Positions 26,118-38,300 of a stretch of 64,000 nucleotides of DNA are shown here, one piece after another. Positions within the stretch are counted from its first letter, which is position 1; each line of letters starts with the position of its first letter. Origin of the DNA: Proteromonas lacertae (taxonomy: Eukaryota); the NCBI GenBank assembly GCA_002245135.1, contig NGBS01000893.1, positions 62,001 through 126,000 of the forward strand, read 5' to 3'. The notes beneath the pieces are model-generated. The model was not told the origin of the DNA. It saw nothing but the letters and a program-made list of their open reading frames with translations, and made no database searches. The position numbers and the translations under genes are program-made.

Positions 26118-27587
26118 ATGGAAATTAATACTACTGAGATATTGAAATTAACAGTTGCTACAGCAGAAGCTACTAGGTAATATTTTGTTATTAATATAAT
26201 GTAGGACTTTTACTAAGTTCTTGGGAAGTCAACCAATTTACCCCCGTGAAAAATGGAGCAAGGAGGATGATGCTGTTGTGAGAGGATTATACTCTCAACT
26301 TGGTGCATTTATTAATCAACTAAATGACAATCCTGCTGGAGTATATTTTGTATGTATTATACTTGCAATAGACTTGGAAACATTATGAAAAGGAGGAAAA
26401 GGAGGAAATGGAGGAAAAGAAGGAAATGGAGGAAAAGGAGGAAATGGAGGAAAAGGAGGAAAAGGAGGAAAAGGAGGAAAAGGAGGAAAGTGAAAAAGAG
26501 GAAAGTAAGAAAAGTCCTGAGGTATATTTGATTATTTATATATACATAGAAATGGATACTTGAAAAAGAGGAATTCCTCAAAGAACTTAAAGAAATCAGG
26601 GATAAAGATCTTGAAGAAAGTGATAAAGAGGATGAAAATAATGTAGGTCGGTATGAAGAATACATAAAGAAAAGAAAGGAAATAATATCACAAATGAATG
26701 AAAAGGAAAGAAAAGAAAGGGAGGAAAACCTAAGAAAAGTTGAACAAGCAAGGGCTAATAGGAAAGAATATCTTAAAAACCATCCATTAACTATTGAACA
26801 TGTTGAGCCTGATGATGATTTTGAAGATCCTCCACCAGAGCTTCCTCCAAAACCAAAGTCAGATCCTATTAAAGAGGTGTTACAAAAAACATCAATACTG
26901 AATAAGTTTAATGTCAAAAAGATATCTAAATCCTCTCCTGAAACAATTCCTCCAAAGGATCTTAGCAAATTGAAGAAAGTCAAAGAAGTTGTAAAAGAAA
27001 TTGAAAAGGAGGATATTCCTCAGATTATAGTATCAGAAAGTGATACAGATTCAGATGATGAAAAAGTAATTGTAGCAAAGAAGAGGCAAAGACCTCAGTC
27101 AGTAAAAAAGGAGGATGAAAAGAAAAAGCAGAGAAAGGTAGCTGAAATTCCTCCACCAGATCCTTCAAAGAGGTACACAGATTCAGAGTTGTTCGAGATG
27201 TTGTTGAACAAGAAGTGCAGTATTAATCAATGGTACGACAAAGGATCTTTAACAAAGTACATCAGCATCCTGTCCATCAACACTTGTAAGTACCTGAAGA
27301 CAGAATTAATGAAATACAAGAAAAATCAAATGAACAAGACTTACAAGAAATCAGCTCGAATGGATGAATTACTCAAAGAGATGCATAAGTATAAAGAGCA
27401 GTACAATTCTAAAGATATCCAGAACTTCCCTGACAAAGCATCTTACAAGAAACAGTTTATAGATTCAAAAAAAGCCAAAGATGATTATGAAGATGAAATT
27501 AATGCAATACAACAGGATGTTAGCAAGGTTAAAGAAGGATTGAAGCCTATTGAAGACAGAATCAAGACATTGGAAGGTGCACATTAA
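26118..27587 (+). CDS. Element-encoded ~460-aa charged coiled-coil protein with three spliceosomal introns
   Basis: GT-AG introns at 26177-26204, 26341-26371 and 26522-26549 join exons of 59, 136, 150 and 1038 nt into one stop-free frame continuous with ORF 26694-27587. Confidence 0.75.
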
Positions 27588-27703
27588 TTAGATGATAATG
27601 ATAATTCCTCTTTATGAGATGACTTTTGTTTTTCCTCTTTTGATCTAAATACATAACTATAGTGTAGTAGACACTTCAAATCCTCTTCTATAACATTTTA
27701 TAA

Positions 27704-28065
27704 TATTCTAGTCTATACTATAGTCTAGTCCTCCACCCCGCCGGCATCCCCCCCATCGGCCCCCACAGGGGGGCTGGTCAGATAGACACATAAAAAATTA
27801 TAATCCTCTAGTATGATACTATCATATTGGAGGAAGAATTTTTTATAATTCATCATTAGAGCTTTCAAATATTTTCAATAATATTATGTTTAGGATAGAG
27901 GATTTTTCATTTGTCATCTTTTTTAATAAGAGGATTTTATAAAAATTATATTTCCTCTTTTAAAGAGGATCTAAAAATCCTCTTTCCTCTTTCAGAGAGG
28001 ATCTAAAAATCCTCTTTTAGAAGAGGATCCTCTATAAAAGAGGATTTCATGCATTTATATTATAT
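27704..28065 (-). repeat. Right terminal inverted repeat
   Basis: Reverse complement of 24224-24586. Confidence 0.95.
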
Positions 28066-28550
28066 TTTATCGGAAATATTTCATTAATTTAATTATTTTA
28101 GATAAAAGATAGAGTACAAATGAGTAGTAATGAAGTAGATTAAGTAACATAAGATCACAGTGATATTAAAGAGTTGAAAATATGTTATAATAGTGAGAAT
28201 GTTGTTTATCTTTCATTTATCTATTTAATGTATACCTGTGATATAATTTGTGTTTGAATGAATTGCGAAAAGAAGAAGAAATGAGAATGTATGATATATG
28301 TTTTAAAAGTTAAGAAGAATTGAATGGTTTAGAATGTGATGAGAGAAGTGTGATTTGGTTAATTGGATGTAAATATAGTTTTGATAAGAAATGTGATAAT
28401 AGAATTATCAATAAAAATGAAAGAGTTATTAGAAGAATTATTGAATTTAGAATAATTAATTTCAATATATTATGTATTGTTTATTTAGTGAAAATAAAAA
28501 AAAGAAAATGTAAATAAAAATTTCATTAAGAATATAATAGGATGTAAAAT

Positions 28551-31500
28551 TTAAACAGTCATAAATCTCACTTGATGCATTGCCCATAAGAATGGAGGTT
28601 TTAAGATTAAGATCCAAGCAACTATTCCTAATAAATTCAACCATCTTCTATCATAATCTAAACCTCTTACATTATCAAGATAATACACTAATGGTGCCAT
28701 TAATGGCTGGGTTGGATTAGTTAGATTAGCTCCAACAACAATATTACCACAATCATCTTTACCACAATATAATTGATCAGATGCAGCTCCTATAATGTAA
28801 TATTGAACAGGATCAATCCAATAGATAATCTTAAACAATATCCATAATTTATCTAATGGCATAGCATAACCAGACATTACAGCAAATACAGCTAATATAG
28901 CAATTGCAACTAATAAACCAACTTGAAGTGTTGGAGTTGTATAAACTATTACCTGACCTAATGATGTGGCAAAACAGACGATTATTGCAAATGATATTAA
29001 GAAATAAAATACTGGACCTACTTCTTGTTTGAATCCTACCATCGGATATAAGAATGCTGAACTCAAACATGCACTGATTATAGCAAATGGAATTTCCATT
29101 ATACTATAAGCTATTACATAAGCAGAAGGTCTTACAAAATTCATATCAATTTCACGATAAACAGCAGGTCTTTCATCAAATAAACCAGGTAAAGCAGATG
29201 ATGTAGCAATAATTGCAATGAATAAACCACAAATGAAAATGGCAGAAATGACAGCTTGAATGCCAGCAATACTATCTCCTTTAGAATCCCAATACATTAC
29301 TCCCATCAATATACCAATTAAAATACAAACACCAATTCTAGGAAGTGTAATATCAGAAGATCTCCAATAGAATCTCGATACTCTACCAAATGTTCCTTTC
29401 AATTGATTCATATAAGATGCCATATATCTTTGTAATTTAGGTAATTTCTTAGCATTTGAATGTTCAATTGCATCTAATGTTTCCATATTCTTATTGTATA
29501 ATTCACTTTTTAGATAATATCCTGACATTTGTGTTCTTGCTTTCTTTACACCTCCTCCTGTTACTTCTAACATCCAAGCAGCTGGATTTGTATGTGGTGG
29601 TAGTTTTGGAACATCTGGATGACCTTCTAAGAATTCTACTAAACTCTTACTGTTTTCACCCATTGGACCTAAATAAATCATTCTTCCACCTCTTTCTAAT
29701 AATAAAATATCAGTAAACATCTTGAAAATCTCAAATGATGGTTGATGGATTGTACAAATAACACTTCGACCTGTTGCTGCTACTCTTTCTAATACTTGAA
29801 CTACTAATAAAGCACTGTTACTGTCTAATCCAGTGGTTGGTTCATCTAAGAAGATGATTGGCGGATTGGCAACTAATTCAATTCCTGTCATTACCAATTT
29901 ACGAATTGCCATTGATAAACCATTTCCTGGTTTCCCAATCATCATTCCAGCATATTTGGTCAAATCTAATAATACTAATGTTTCTTTTACTACTTTCTTT
30001 ATCATTGCTTTAGATGTTCCTGGTGGTAATCTCATTTCAGCACTGTATTCTAATGCTTCTTCAACTGTTTCTTTAGCAGGTAAATTATCAGCTTGTTCAA
30101 CATAACCTAAATAATGAGTTAATGATACTTTATCAATCTTTTGACCATTGAATAATATACTACCAGTTATCTTTCCTGTATTCTTTTTATTGGCTAATAC
30201 ATCTAATAATGTTGTTTTACCAGCACCACTTGATCCCATTAATGCAGTAAAGGTATTTGGACGAATAAAACCACTTAAGTTATCTAACAATTGTCTTTCT
30301 TCAGAATGTCTTGTTATTGGATCTCTTACATTAACATAATAACTCAAATCTCTGAATGATAATGTAACTTGTTCTACCACTAAAGATCCTCTACTACTTC
30401 TCACTTGACTTAAACTTTCTTGTCTTTGTTGTTCATTCAATTTCTTAACATCTTCATCATCAACAACATATGAAATTGGAGTAGTAATCTTTTTGTATGT
30501 TACAACAATCATTGTAAAAGCAACATATAAAACATGCATTAACAATAATGCTAAAAACCATGCATACATATCATCTTGATTCTTTGGATATTTCATTAAA
30601 TCAACAAAATGTTCGTATTGAACATCAAATGTAGGAGGTGACATAACTGTAGTACCATTTGATAATTGCATTGGATATATCTTGTCATATGATCCAGAGT
30701 AATATTCATTTGCAATTAATATCTTCATTGCATAGTTATAAGGATCAATATAATAAATCCATCTCAAAACCCAAGGAATATCAGCTACACTAACAGTTAA
30801 ACCAGCCAAATTACCAATGATGAAGATAATCAATGGAACAGCACCAGTAATAACTGATTCTGAATCAAACATCATAATAATCAATCGAATTAACGATAAT
30901 AAAACCGCACTCATTAATATACCACATAAATGGTAAATCCAAAATGGTTTTGAATGATTTTCTAAACTTAATCCTGGGAAGAAATACAATGGAATACCAA
31001 CTAAGAATGTTTCAATTATTGCTAATGGATATTGACAAACTATTGACGATAATACATACATTGAACCAGAATAATAGCTTTTCCTCAATTGTTTCTTCAT
31101 CACTTCCTTTTGTTGTATAACAGTACCAATTTGAGAGAAATGTCCAAAGGTAATAAACAATAAGAAGAAGAATAAATAAACAGTACGAGAAACTGGTTCA
31201 TCAGGTAAATCTATAAATACACAACCAAGAATAACTCCTAATAAAATATTCTCAAAAGCTCTACCAAATACATATAATTTATCACGATATAATAATTGAC
31301 ATTGTCTGTATAAAACAGTATAAAACATTTGGAATATATTTTCAGAATAACTGGAGTTATATACTTTCTTTGCATATTCAGTAGTAAATAATTCTTTTTT
31401 AGCATCTATTTGTTTTTCAACCATAGCATTCATCTGTTTACAATATTCAGATTCTTCATAGTGTTTTCTCATTTTATCTAATGTTTGAACTGGATTTCCT

Positions 31501-32861
31501 GGACTACAATCTTCTCTGAATGAATAACTACCCATTTCACTGATAAAACTACCAGCATCTTTACCTTCAGGCATTGAATAACCAAAGGATTCTAAATAGG
31601 GAATACAATCTTTAGTTGGACCAGCATATGTAACTACACCTTTCTCTAATAATACTAATTGATCATATAAATCCAACATCTCTGGATCAGGTTGTAACAT
31701 AGCAGCAACTACAATTCCATTGAATGTCTTTGCCCATTGACCTAACATTCTCACTATATCAATTGTTACTGCACTATCTAAACCAGTACTGAATTTATCC
31801 AATAATATTACTCTTTGTGGACCAACCAATATTTCACCTAATGTAACTCTTCTTCTTTCACCACCACTAACACCTCTTGTTATATTATCACCAACTATTG
31901 TTTCTGCACAAATCATTAAACCTAATGATTGAATAATCACTTCACTTTTATAATCAATATCCTTCATAAACACTTCTTCTACATCTGTACGATGATAAAA
32001 GGATTTTGGACCACTTAAACAATCTTTGGCAAATTTCATTGTTTCTCTTACAGTCATAATGGTATTATGGAAATCTAATTGTTCACAGACTATAGCTAAT
32101 CTGTTCCATTTATAATCACTTATATTCTTACCACCATATTGACATTTACCTAATATGTGACCATTATTGTTTCTACCACCTAATGCATCTAATAAGGAGG
32201 TTGTACCACATCCTGGAGTGCCTAATATGATTGTATTACTACCAGCTGGGAAACATAAGTTGATATCGTCAAGAATTATCTTCTTTCTGTATTTAACACG
32301 ACATAAAAGGTATTTGAAAAAGTTTCTTATAACTGTGATAATACCTGTTGGCTCATTCTTTTTACCAAGTGCCATATAAGCGTAATAAGTGTAATGTGAA
32401 AGAATTAAATCTAAGGCTGGTAATTCAGGCATTCCTTTTCTTACATTCTCGTAGTATACTTCAATACCTTGTTTTAATGCTGCTTCTGGTGATGAAAAAT
32501 CAGCTTCTGGAATATCAATTGTGACTTCTTTTGATGGTTTTACCATTATTGTATGAATAACAGGTTCTTTTGATTGTTCAGGTGGTATTGACACAAATTC
32601 TTCTTCTTTTGGATTTGGTGTTTCTGTTGATGGTTCTGTTTCCACAGGAGCTGCTTGCTCTGCTTCTTTTACTGGTTGTTCTGTTTCCTTAACAGGTTCT
32701 GATGTATTATCAGCAGGTTTATCACTGTTATCTTCTTTGGAAGTTGGATTTACATTTTCTTCTGTTTGTTCTTTCTTTTCTTCTGAAGCTACAGGAGGTT
32801 GATTCTGTTCTTCCTTGCTTTCAGGAGGTAATTCTATAGTTGTAGGTTGGTTTTCACTCAT
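28551..32861 (-). CDS. Full-size ABCG/PDR transporter (NBD-TMD)x2, intronless
   Basis: 1436-aa ORF. NBD1 GTPGCGTT and VSGGERRRV; NBD2 LMGSSGAGKTTLLDVL, FLDEPTTGLD and CTIHQPS; two TMDs. Confidence 0.95.
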   Translation of the reverse strand: MSENQPTTIELPPESKEEQNQPPVASEEKKEQTEENVNPTSKEDNSDKPADNTSEPVKETEQPVKEAEQAAPVETEPSTETPNPKEEEFVSIPPEQSKEPVIHTIMVKPSKEVTIDIPEADFSSPEAALKQGIEVYYENVRKGMPELPALDLILSHYTYYAYMALGKKNEPTGIITVIRNFFKYLLCRVKYRKKIILDDINLCFPAGSNTIILGTPGCGTTSLLDALGGRNNNGHILGKCQYGGKNISDYKWNRLAIVCEQLDFHNTIMTVRETMKFAKDCLSGPKSFYHRTDVEEVFMKDIDYKSEVIIQSLGLMICAETIVGDNITRGVSGGERRRVTLGEILVGPQRVILLDKFSTGLDSAVTIDIVRMLGQWAKTFNGIVVAAMLQPDPEMLDLYDQLVLLEKGVVTYAGPTKDCIPYLESFGYSMPEGKDAGSFISEMGSYSFREDCSPGNPVQTLDKMRKHYEESEYCKQMNAMVEKQIDAKKELFTTEYAKKVYNSSYSENIFQMFYTVLYRQCQLLYRDKLYVFGRAFENILLGVILGCVFIDLPDEPVSRTVYLFFFLLFITFGHFSQIGTVIQQKEVMKKQLRKSYYSGSMYVLSSIVCQYPLAIIETFLVGIPLYFFPGLSLENHSKPFWIYHLCGILMSAVLLSLIRLIIMMFDSESVITGAVPLIIFIIGNLAGLTVSVADIPWVLRWIYYIDPYNYAMKILIANEYYSGSYDKIYPMQLSNGTTVMSPPTFDVQYEHFVDLMKYPKNQDDMYAWFLALLLMHVLYVAFTMIVVTYKKITTPISYVVDDEDVKKLNEQQRQESLSQVRSSRGSLVVEQVTLSFRDLSYYVNVRDPITRHSEERQLLDNLSGFIRPNTFTALMGSSGAGKTTLLDVLANKKNTGKITGSILFNGQKIDKVSLTHYLGYVEQADNLPAKETVEEALEYSAEMRLPPGTSKAMIKKVVKETLVLLDLTKYAGMMIGKPGNGLSMAIRKLVMTGIELVANPPIIFLDEPTTGLDSNSALLVVQVLERVAATGRSVICTIHQPSFEIFKMFTDILLLERGGRMIYLGPMGENSKSLVEFLEGHPDVPKLPPHTNPAAWMLEVTGGGVKKARTQMSGYYLKSELYNKNMETLDAIEHSNAKKLPKLQRYMASYMNQLKGTFGRVSRFYWRSSDITLPRIGVCILIGILMGVMYWDSKGDSIAGIQAVISAIFICGLFIAIIATSSALPGLFDERPAVYREIDMNFVRPSAYVIAYSIMEIPFAIISACLSSAFLYPMVGFKQEVGPVFYFLISFAIIVCFATSLGQVIVYTTPTLQVGLLVAIAILAVFAVMSGYAMPLDKLWILFKIIYWIDPVQYYIIGAASDQLYCGKDDCGNIVVGANLTNPTQPLMAPLVYYLDNVRGLDYDRRWLNLLGIVAWILILKPPFLWAMHQVRFMTV

Positions 32862-33534
32862 TCTAGATTTATTCTAGAAATAATACCAAAACAAATTTCA
32901 TGTGTTTTTTGAATTTTGTCCGTTTCATTTTGAATAAACAACCTTTTTTACAAAACAGAAGAATGATTTTATAGAATTATGAGGTATTTTCATTATTTGA
33001 AATACATTGAAATATGATAATTATCACATTATTCTGTTTTGAGTGAAATCTGTTGAATATGGCAAATGTAACAGCTCAAAATCAAAGAAAAATGCTAATT
33101 ATACTAATATTATTTCTTATACTATCACAAAATTCGCTCTATCTAGAGCTTTTCGTTAAAAATACATCTACAACTTTTTTTAAAATCTATTTTGAAATGA
33201 ACATGTGTTTCATATCTATTCTGAAAAGTTGTAAATCAAAATAGATTTGAATTCTTTTTTTTCTTTTTATTACAGATAAGAAGAAGTATTTCTTTTACAA
33301 CTATTCAAAATATTTTGACTCTTGTATTGATGAGGTATATCATTTGATTATTATAGAATAGGCTAAATATTTCAATTTTTTTATTATTATATTTCAGTTC
33401 GTGTTTATGAGGATTTAGTACATCTTCTATACTAAATTCAATTATTATGACATATATATTTTATCTTCATACAGCAAATTGATCCAAATAATTGTACAAA
33501 CTATACCCCAAATACATATAAAGTATTATAATAT

Positions 33535-35301
33535 CTATAATTCGAATTCTGCATCCTCATTATAATCATCATCATCCCTTTTAGGCTTATTTTTCTTCAC
33601 CATTTCTTCTTCATCACTTTCCATATCATCTATAAACGATATAATAATAATAATATAAATATACCAGTAGTGAAATCAGATTCACTTTCTATAAACGCTT
33701 CTTCTTCTTCTTCTTCTTCCTCCATCAAATCATCATAAGTTTGAAATACTTTGGATAAATGTTTGATTCTTTCAGGTGTATCAATATTAGTGTTATTTGT
33801 ATAAGTAGATGATTCAGACGATGGACTAAATGTATTACCATTTCTATGTGATATATTTGTAGGAGTATGAAGTAAGGTTTGAATATTATCATTATTATTA
33901 TTATAAATTACATCATTTTGTAGATTTAAATTCTGTGAATTTGCTTTGGTAGTTTGGTCTATTTGTCCAAATATTGGTATATATATTGAATTTACATATT
34001 TTTCTCTTATTTTACGGTATGAAATTGCCATATCAAATGTCAATAATCTCATATATAATGAATGTTCATTACAATTCCTTAAACTGATTTCTGTTGAATA
34101 AGTATTGCTCCTCCACCATCTTTCAATCCATTCTTTCGCTACTAGGTTTTCTAATAGCAATAAACTACACATTAATTGCTTTGATGTTGTTGCGAATTTG
34201 ACATTTTTAATCCATTGTGCTCTTCGATTAGGTGTCCAAAATGATTTCATCTTTTTGACGAATAATGAATCAGGCATTATTCCTTCTATATCCAATAATA
34301 ATGCCTTACAATTCATTAATAAATCAGATATATCTATATATTGATAATTAATATAATAATATATACTATTAAAATGAACATTACAAGAATGTGTTTCTTT
34401 ATTAATCATACTACAATGACATTTCATACAGTGTAAATTATTATTCAACAAATATTCAGAACAAAATTTACATCTTTTAGTACCATCAGGAATATGGAAC
34501 ATATATTTATATAACTGAGTAGCTGGAGGTAATGTATCTAACAATAACTTAATATCATGAGATATATGACGTTTATAAAATAATATAGAAGATCTTAAAG
34601 GATTGTATCTGAGGAAATTATCATTTTCAGATACTTGAGATTGATATAGGTGCCTCCATTCAGTTTCTTCATATGTAATTGCTGGTGGTTGTGATGCAAT
34701 TAATTCAATTTGTGGATTAGTTTCTAAGGTGTTTAACCATTGTTTTGCTACAATTAGTAGTTGTTTCTGTTCAGGTATTAATTCGTTATTCATTTCTTCA
34801 TTTTCCATCTTTTCTACTATCTTTAATTGTTCTTTATAGTTGTATAAACAATAAGGTATTCTTCTATGATATTCTCCTTGCTTTAAACACGATGTAAACT
34901 CATTTAATAATACCTTTAAATTCTCTCTTAATACATGTTCACTTGGATCATTCAACCATTCAATTAGTAATTGAATTCTATCAATATCAGTGTAATAACT
35001 ATAATGATAGTCTTTATCACAGATAAATAGATATCCTGGTTCACCTCTGAATAGATAGTATTTATTATTATATCGGTCTGTTCCTATTGGTTCATTTCTG
35101 ATGGAATATTCTCGAATAAATGGATGATATTGTGCACTTATTATTTCTTTGGATAAATCTGTATTTGTCCTTCTATAAATAAATATAAATATAAAACGAA
35201 TATTTATACAATAAAACATCATGATCAGCTTTTCTTTCTTCTTTCTTTAATGCTTTTGAAATGATTTGATTACAGGCTTGATGAAGTGTAATTTGATGTG
35301 T

Positions 35302-35342
<41 letters not shown>

Positions 35343-38300
35343 CTGATTCACCAACAGGTACATTAACTGTAGTTTCAGCATATTGACCAAATTGAGTATC
35401 AATAGGCAACATACAAAACTCACATATACGATGCTTTTGTAATGATAATGGATAGTTGAAAAAGGCTGGATTAATAACAGTAGAATCACATTCATATAAT
35501 GGTTCATCTTTTGATCGAGGAGAATTGGTATGATATCCAGCAACTATTCAAATAAATAAATAAATATAAATATATACAAATTGGATTTAAGAGTGATCTA
35601 AAATATCTAATCAACATATCTCTAGTAGCTATTTTTCGACTATAAACACAATTGTTAATATTCGGTAAAGTTTCAATTATTAATAAAACTGACAATATTC
35701 CAAATCCAAATAGTATTGGTCCAGCAAGTGGTGTAACTATATTCATTCCTCTATTTCTTAATGTATTATTCAACATAACGAAAAACTCATTGGCTGCTAT
35801 TGAACTATTCGCATTTGATACTTTATATAATCCATCTTCTGAGGTTATTTGAAAGGATGGTGAATTATCACCTGCATCCACTATTTCCATATAATATTCA
35901 ATGATTTTAGTTGGATCACTGATTGATGGGTATTTTCTTCCACTTTTAAAACCTACAGGCCAAACATAATATCTACTACAAAACTTTGATCTATTATCGA
36001 TCTTTCCAAAATTATAAATTGTTATATTTTCTATTCTATAAGGCATTTCTGCTGGATATAAATCATTTGGATCATTTGTTAGACTATATCCATTCGTAGG
36101 GGTGTTATTATTAAGCGATAATATATCAGATATATCAGAATGAGGTGTAGCTGGAGTTGCACTTGCATCTTTAATAGTTTTCCATTTATCTCTAACTGTT
36201 GGTAAAGATCTTCCACCTAAATCCTTTTGATATTTTCTCATTAAAGCAGTCCATCTATTCTCACCAAATTCCTTCACTGCTTTTTGTAGTAATTTCAATT
36301 GTTTCTTTGTCCAGGATGCTGGTCCTCGTTTCCCATGAGATGCGTATTATATTCTGGAACTTCTTCTTCACCACTATCTTCTATTTCTTCTTCTTCTTCT
36401 TCCTCTTCTAATTGACAACTTCCATTATTATTAGAATCTGTTTTTGTATTATCAGGTAATGGAGTAGACTCACCATCTTCTGGATTAATCATCATATCTT
36501 CATTATTTGTAACGACTGTTGGTGTAGTTACTGTGGTTTTTCTTCGTTTAGTTTTAATCATAAATGTATTAGATCTTGGAGGTCTTTTTGATTCCTGAAG
36601 GTAATCTGATCATTGCACCATCTGTTTTGGATAATTTGTGTAATGAATCAATAGACAATCTGAATAACAATCCATTGTAGTCCTAACTAACTTTGTATTC
36701 ATACAACCTACATGACAACATTCTAATATAAGCAATCTAGTTTCTATTGGCTAAATCAAAATAATTGTATTTATATAACAAATAAGAGATTCTGTGAACT
36801 CGATCTTCTAAACCTGAATCTTCATCTACATACATTGAATTTGGATCATTTACAGCTATATATAAATAAATAATATATATAAAATATATATACATATTGA
36901 AGTATGAGCTGGTTTTGTATCTTTACAGAAAAAAACAGGTGAAATATTGGAAGAGTTGAACATTCCAGCAGTATGTTGAGTTTTATAATTGCCTCTTCCT
37001 AATATTGATTTCATTGTATAACCTAAACAACTTGGATGTACAATAGTAGAATCTATATTATTATAACTCTGACCTTCATTCTGTTGCTTTAATATTTTTA
37101 AATTACTTTCTCTACATAATGAACAGATAAATGGTTCATATTGATTGAAATTATTATTATTACTTATATTAATACACTTTATATGATATTCATTATTACA
37201 TTGATCACAAAATATAATATTTTCATCATCATCATCTTCACTATTAAAATGACGGTTATTATTGTGTTTATTATTATTATTACATAATGGACAAGGTAGA
37301 CCAGTATAATTCCATATTCCTCTTTGTCCATGACATCCTTTCACTATCCAATCATCATAACATTGATCAAAATATTCCTTCAATGTTACACTGTATTTGT
37401 AAAGTAGTGATTCATTTGAATTGTATAATTGACAATTAGTAAAGATTAAATCAACTGTATCATAGAATTGCTGTATATCGAATTTACCATCTGGTTTAAT
37501 AAACTGATTATTATTCAACATATTCTCAACGGTACTTAAATCCATGGGATTTTTTACAATTTTTGTATAATTCTTCACTTCAGATAGATTCACAGGCTCG
37601 AGGAAAGGTTTGGCATATTCATGATTTTGTAATTTATGAACTAAAGCATAACATCTATCTTGTAGATCATCATCAGTTAGAGGATTCTTATTTTGATGGT
37701 TTAATTTATCACATCTAAACAAATAACCAGCTAATCGATCAAAACCTTTCTCTATTCCTTCACTATATGCTTTTACCACTACATTTGGATCAACACCTGA
37801 ATATACAGCACCACTACAAACGAAATATAATCTGAGGAATTCAAGCCAGGTTTGAGATGTTAAAGGATGATATCTGAATGGATTCCAATCTTTTACATTC
37901 GGCTATAAATAATAATAATAATACAATAAATAAATAACTATATATACATCTTTTTCTACATACATCAAACACTGTCTGAAATTCTCAAATAAATATTTCA
38001 CAATACATAAATGAATTTCATTGGTTAGCGGTGATAGTTTGGGAAAAGACAACATAAATCCAAACTCATATAATGACATTTGAGCTATTCCTAGTGGCTG
38101 TGAAAATGTGTTGATAAAATCCCATACTTCAAGTACAATTGGCACTATTCAGATATTATAATAATAATATATATATACATAGTTTTTGTGGTATTCCAAT
38201 ATTGATTATATTTGCCTTTGGATGTAACATTAATGAAGATGAATCTGATGAATATTCACTCTTTACCATTATATTATCATCTTTATTCTTATTAATATTT

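Larger units (their letters stand above)
24224..28065. mobile_element. Non-autonomous, internally deleted Polinton/Maverick-like element (3842 bp)
   Basis: TIRs of 363 and 362 bp, 6-bp TSD TTTATC (24218-24223 and 28066-28071), and the C-terminal half of a protein-primed PolB. No integrase, ATPase, protease or capsid ORF visible. Confidence 0.9.

Noticed and set aside
26357..26983. 208-aa Phe/Leu-rich minus-strand ORF, and similar poly-His, poly-Cys or poly-Met ORFs at 771, 9973, 19189 and 39214
   Set aside because: These are antisense or alternative-frame shadows of low-complexity coding repeats.
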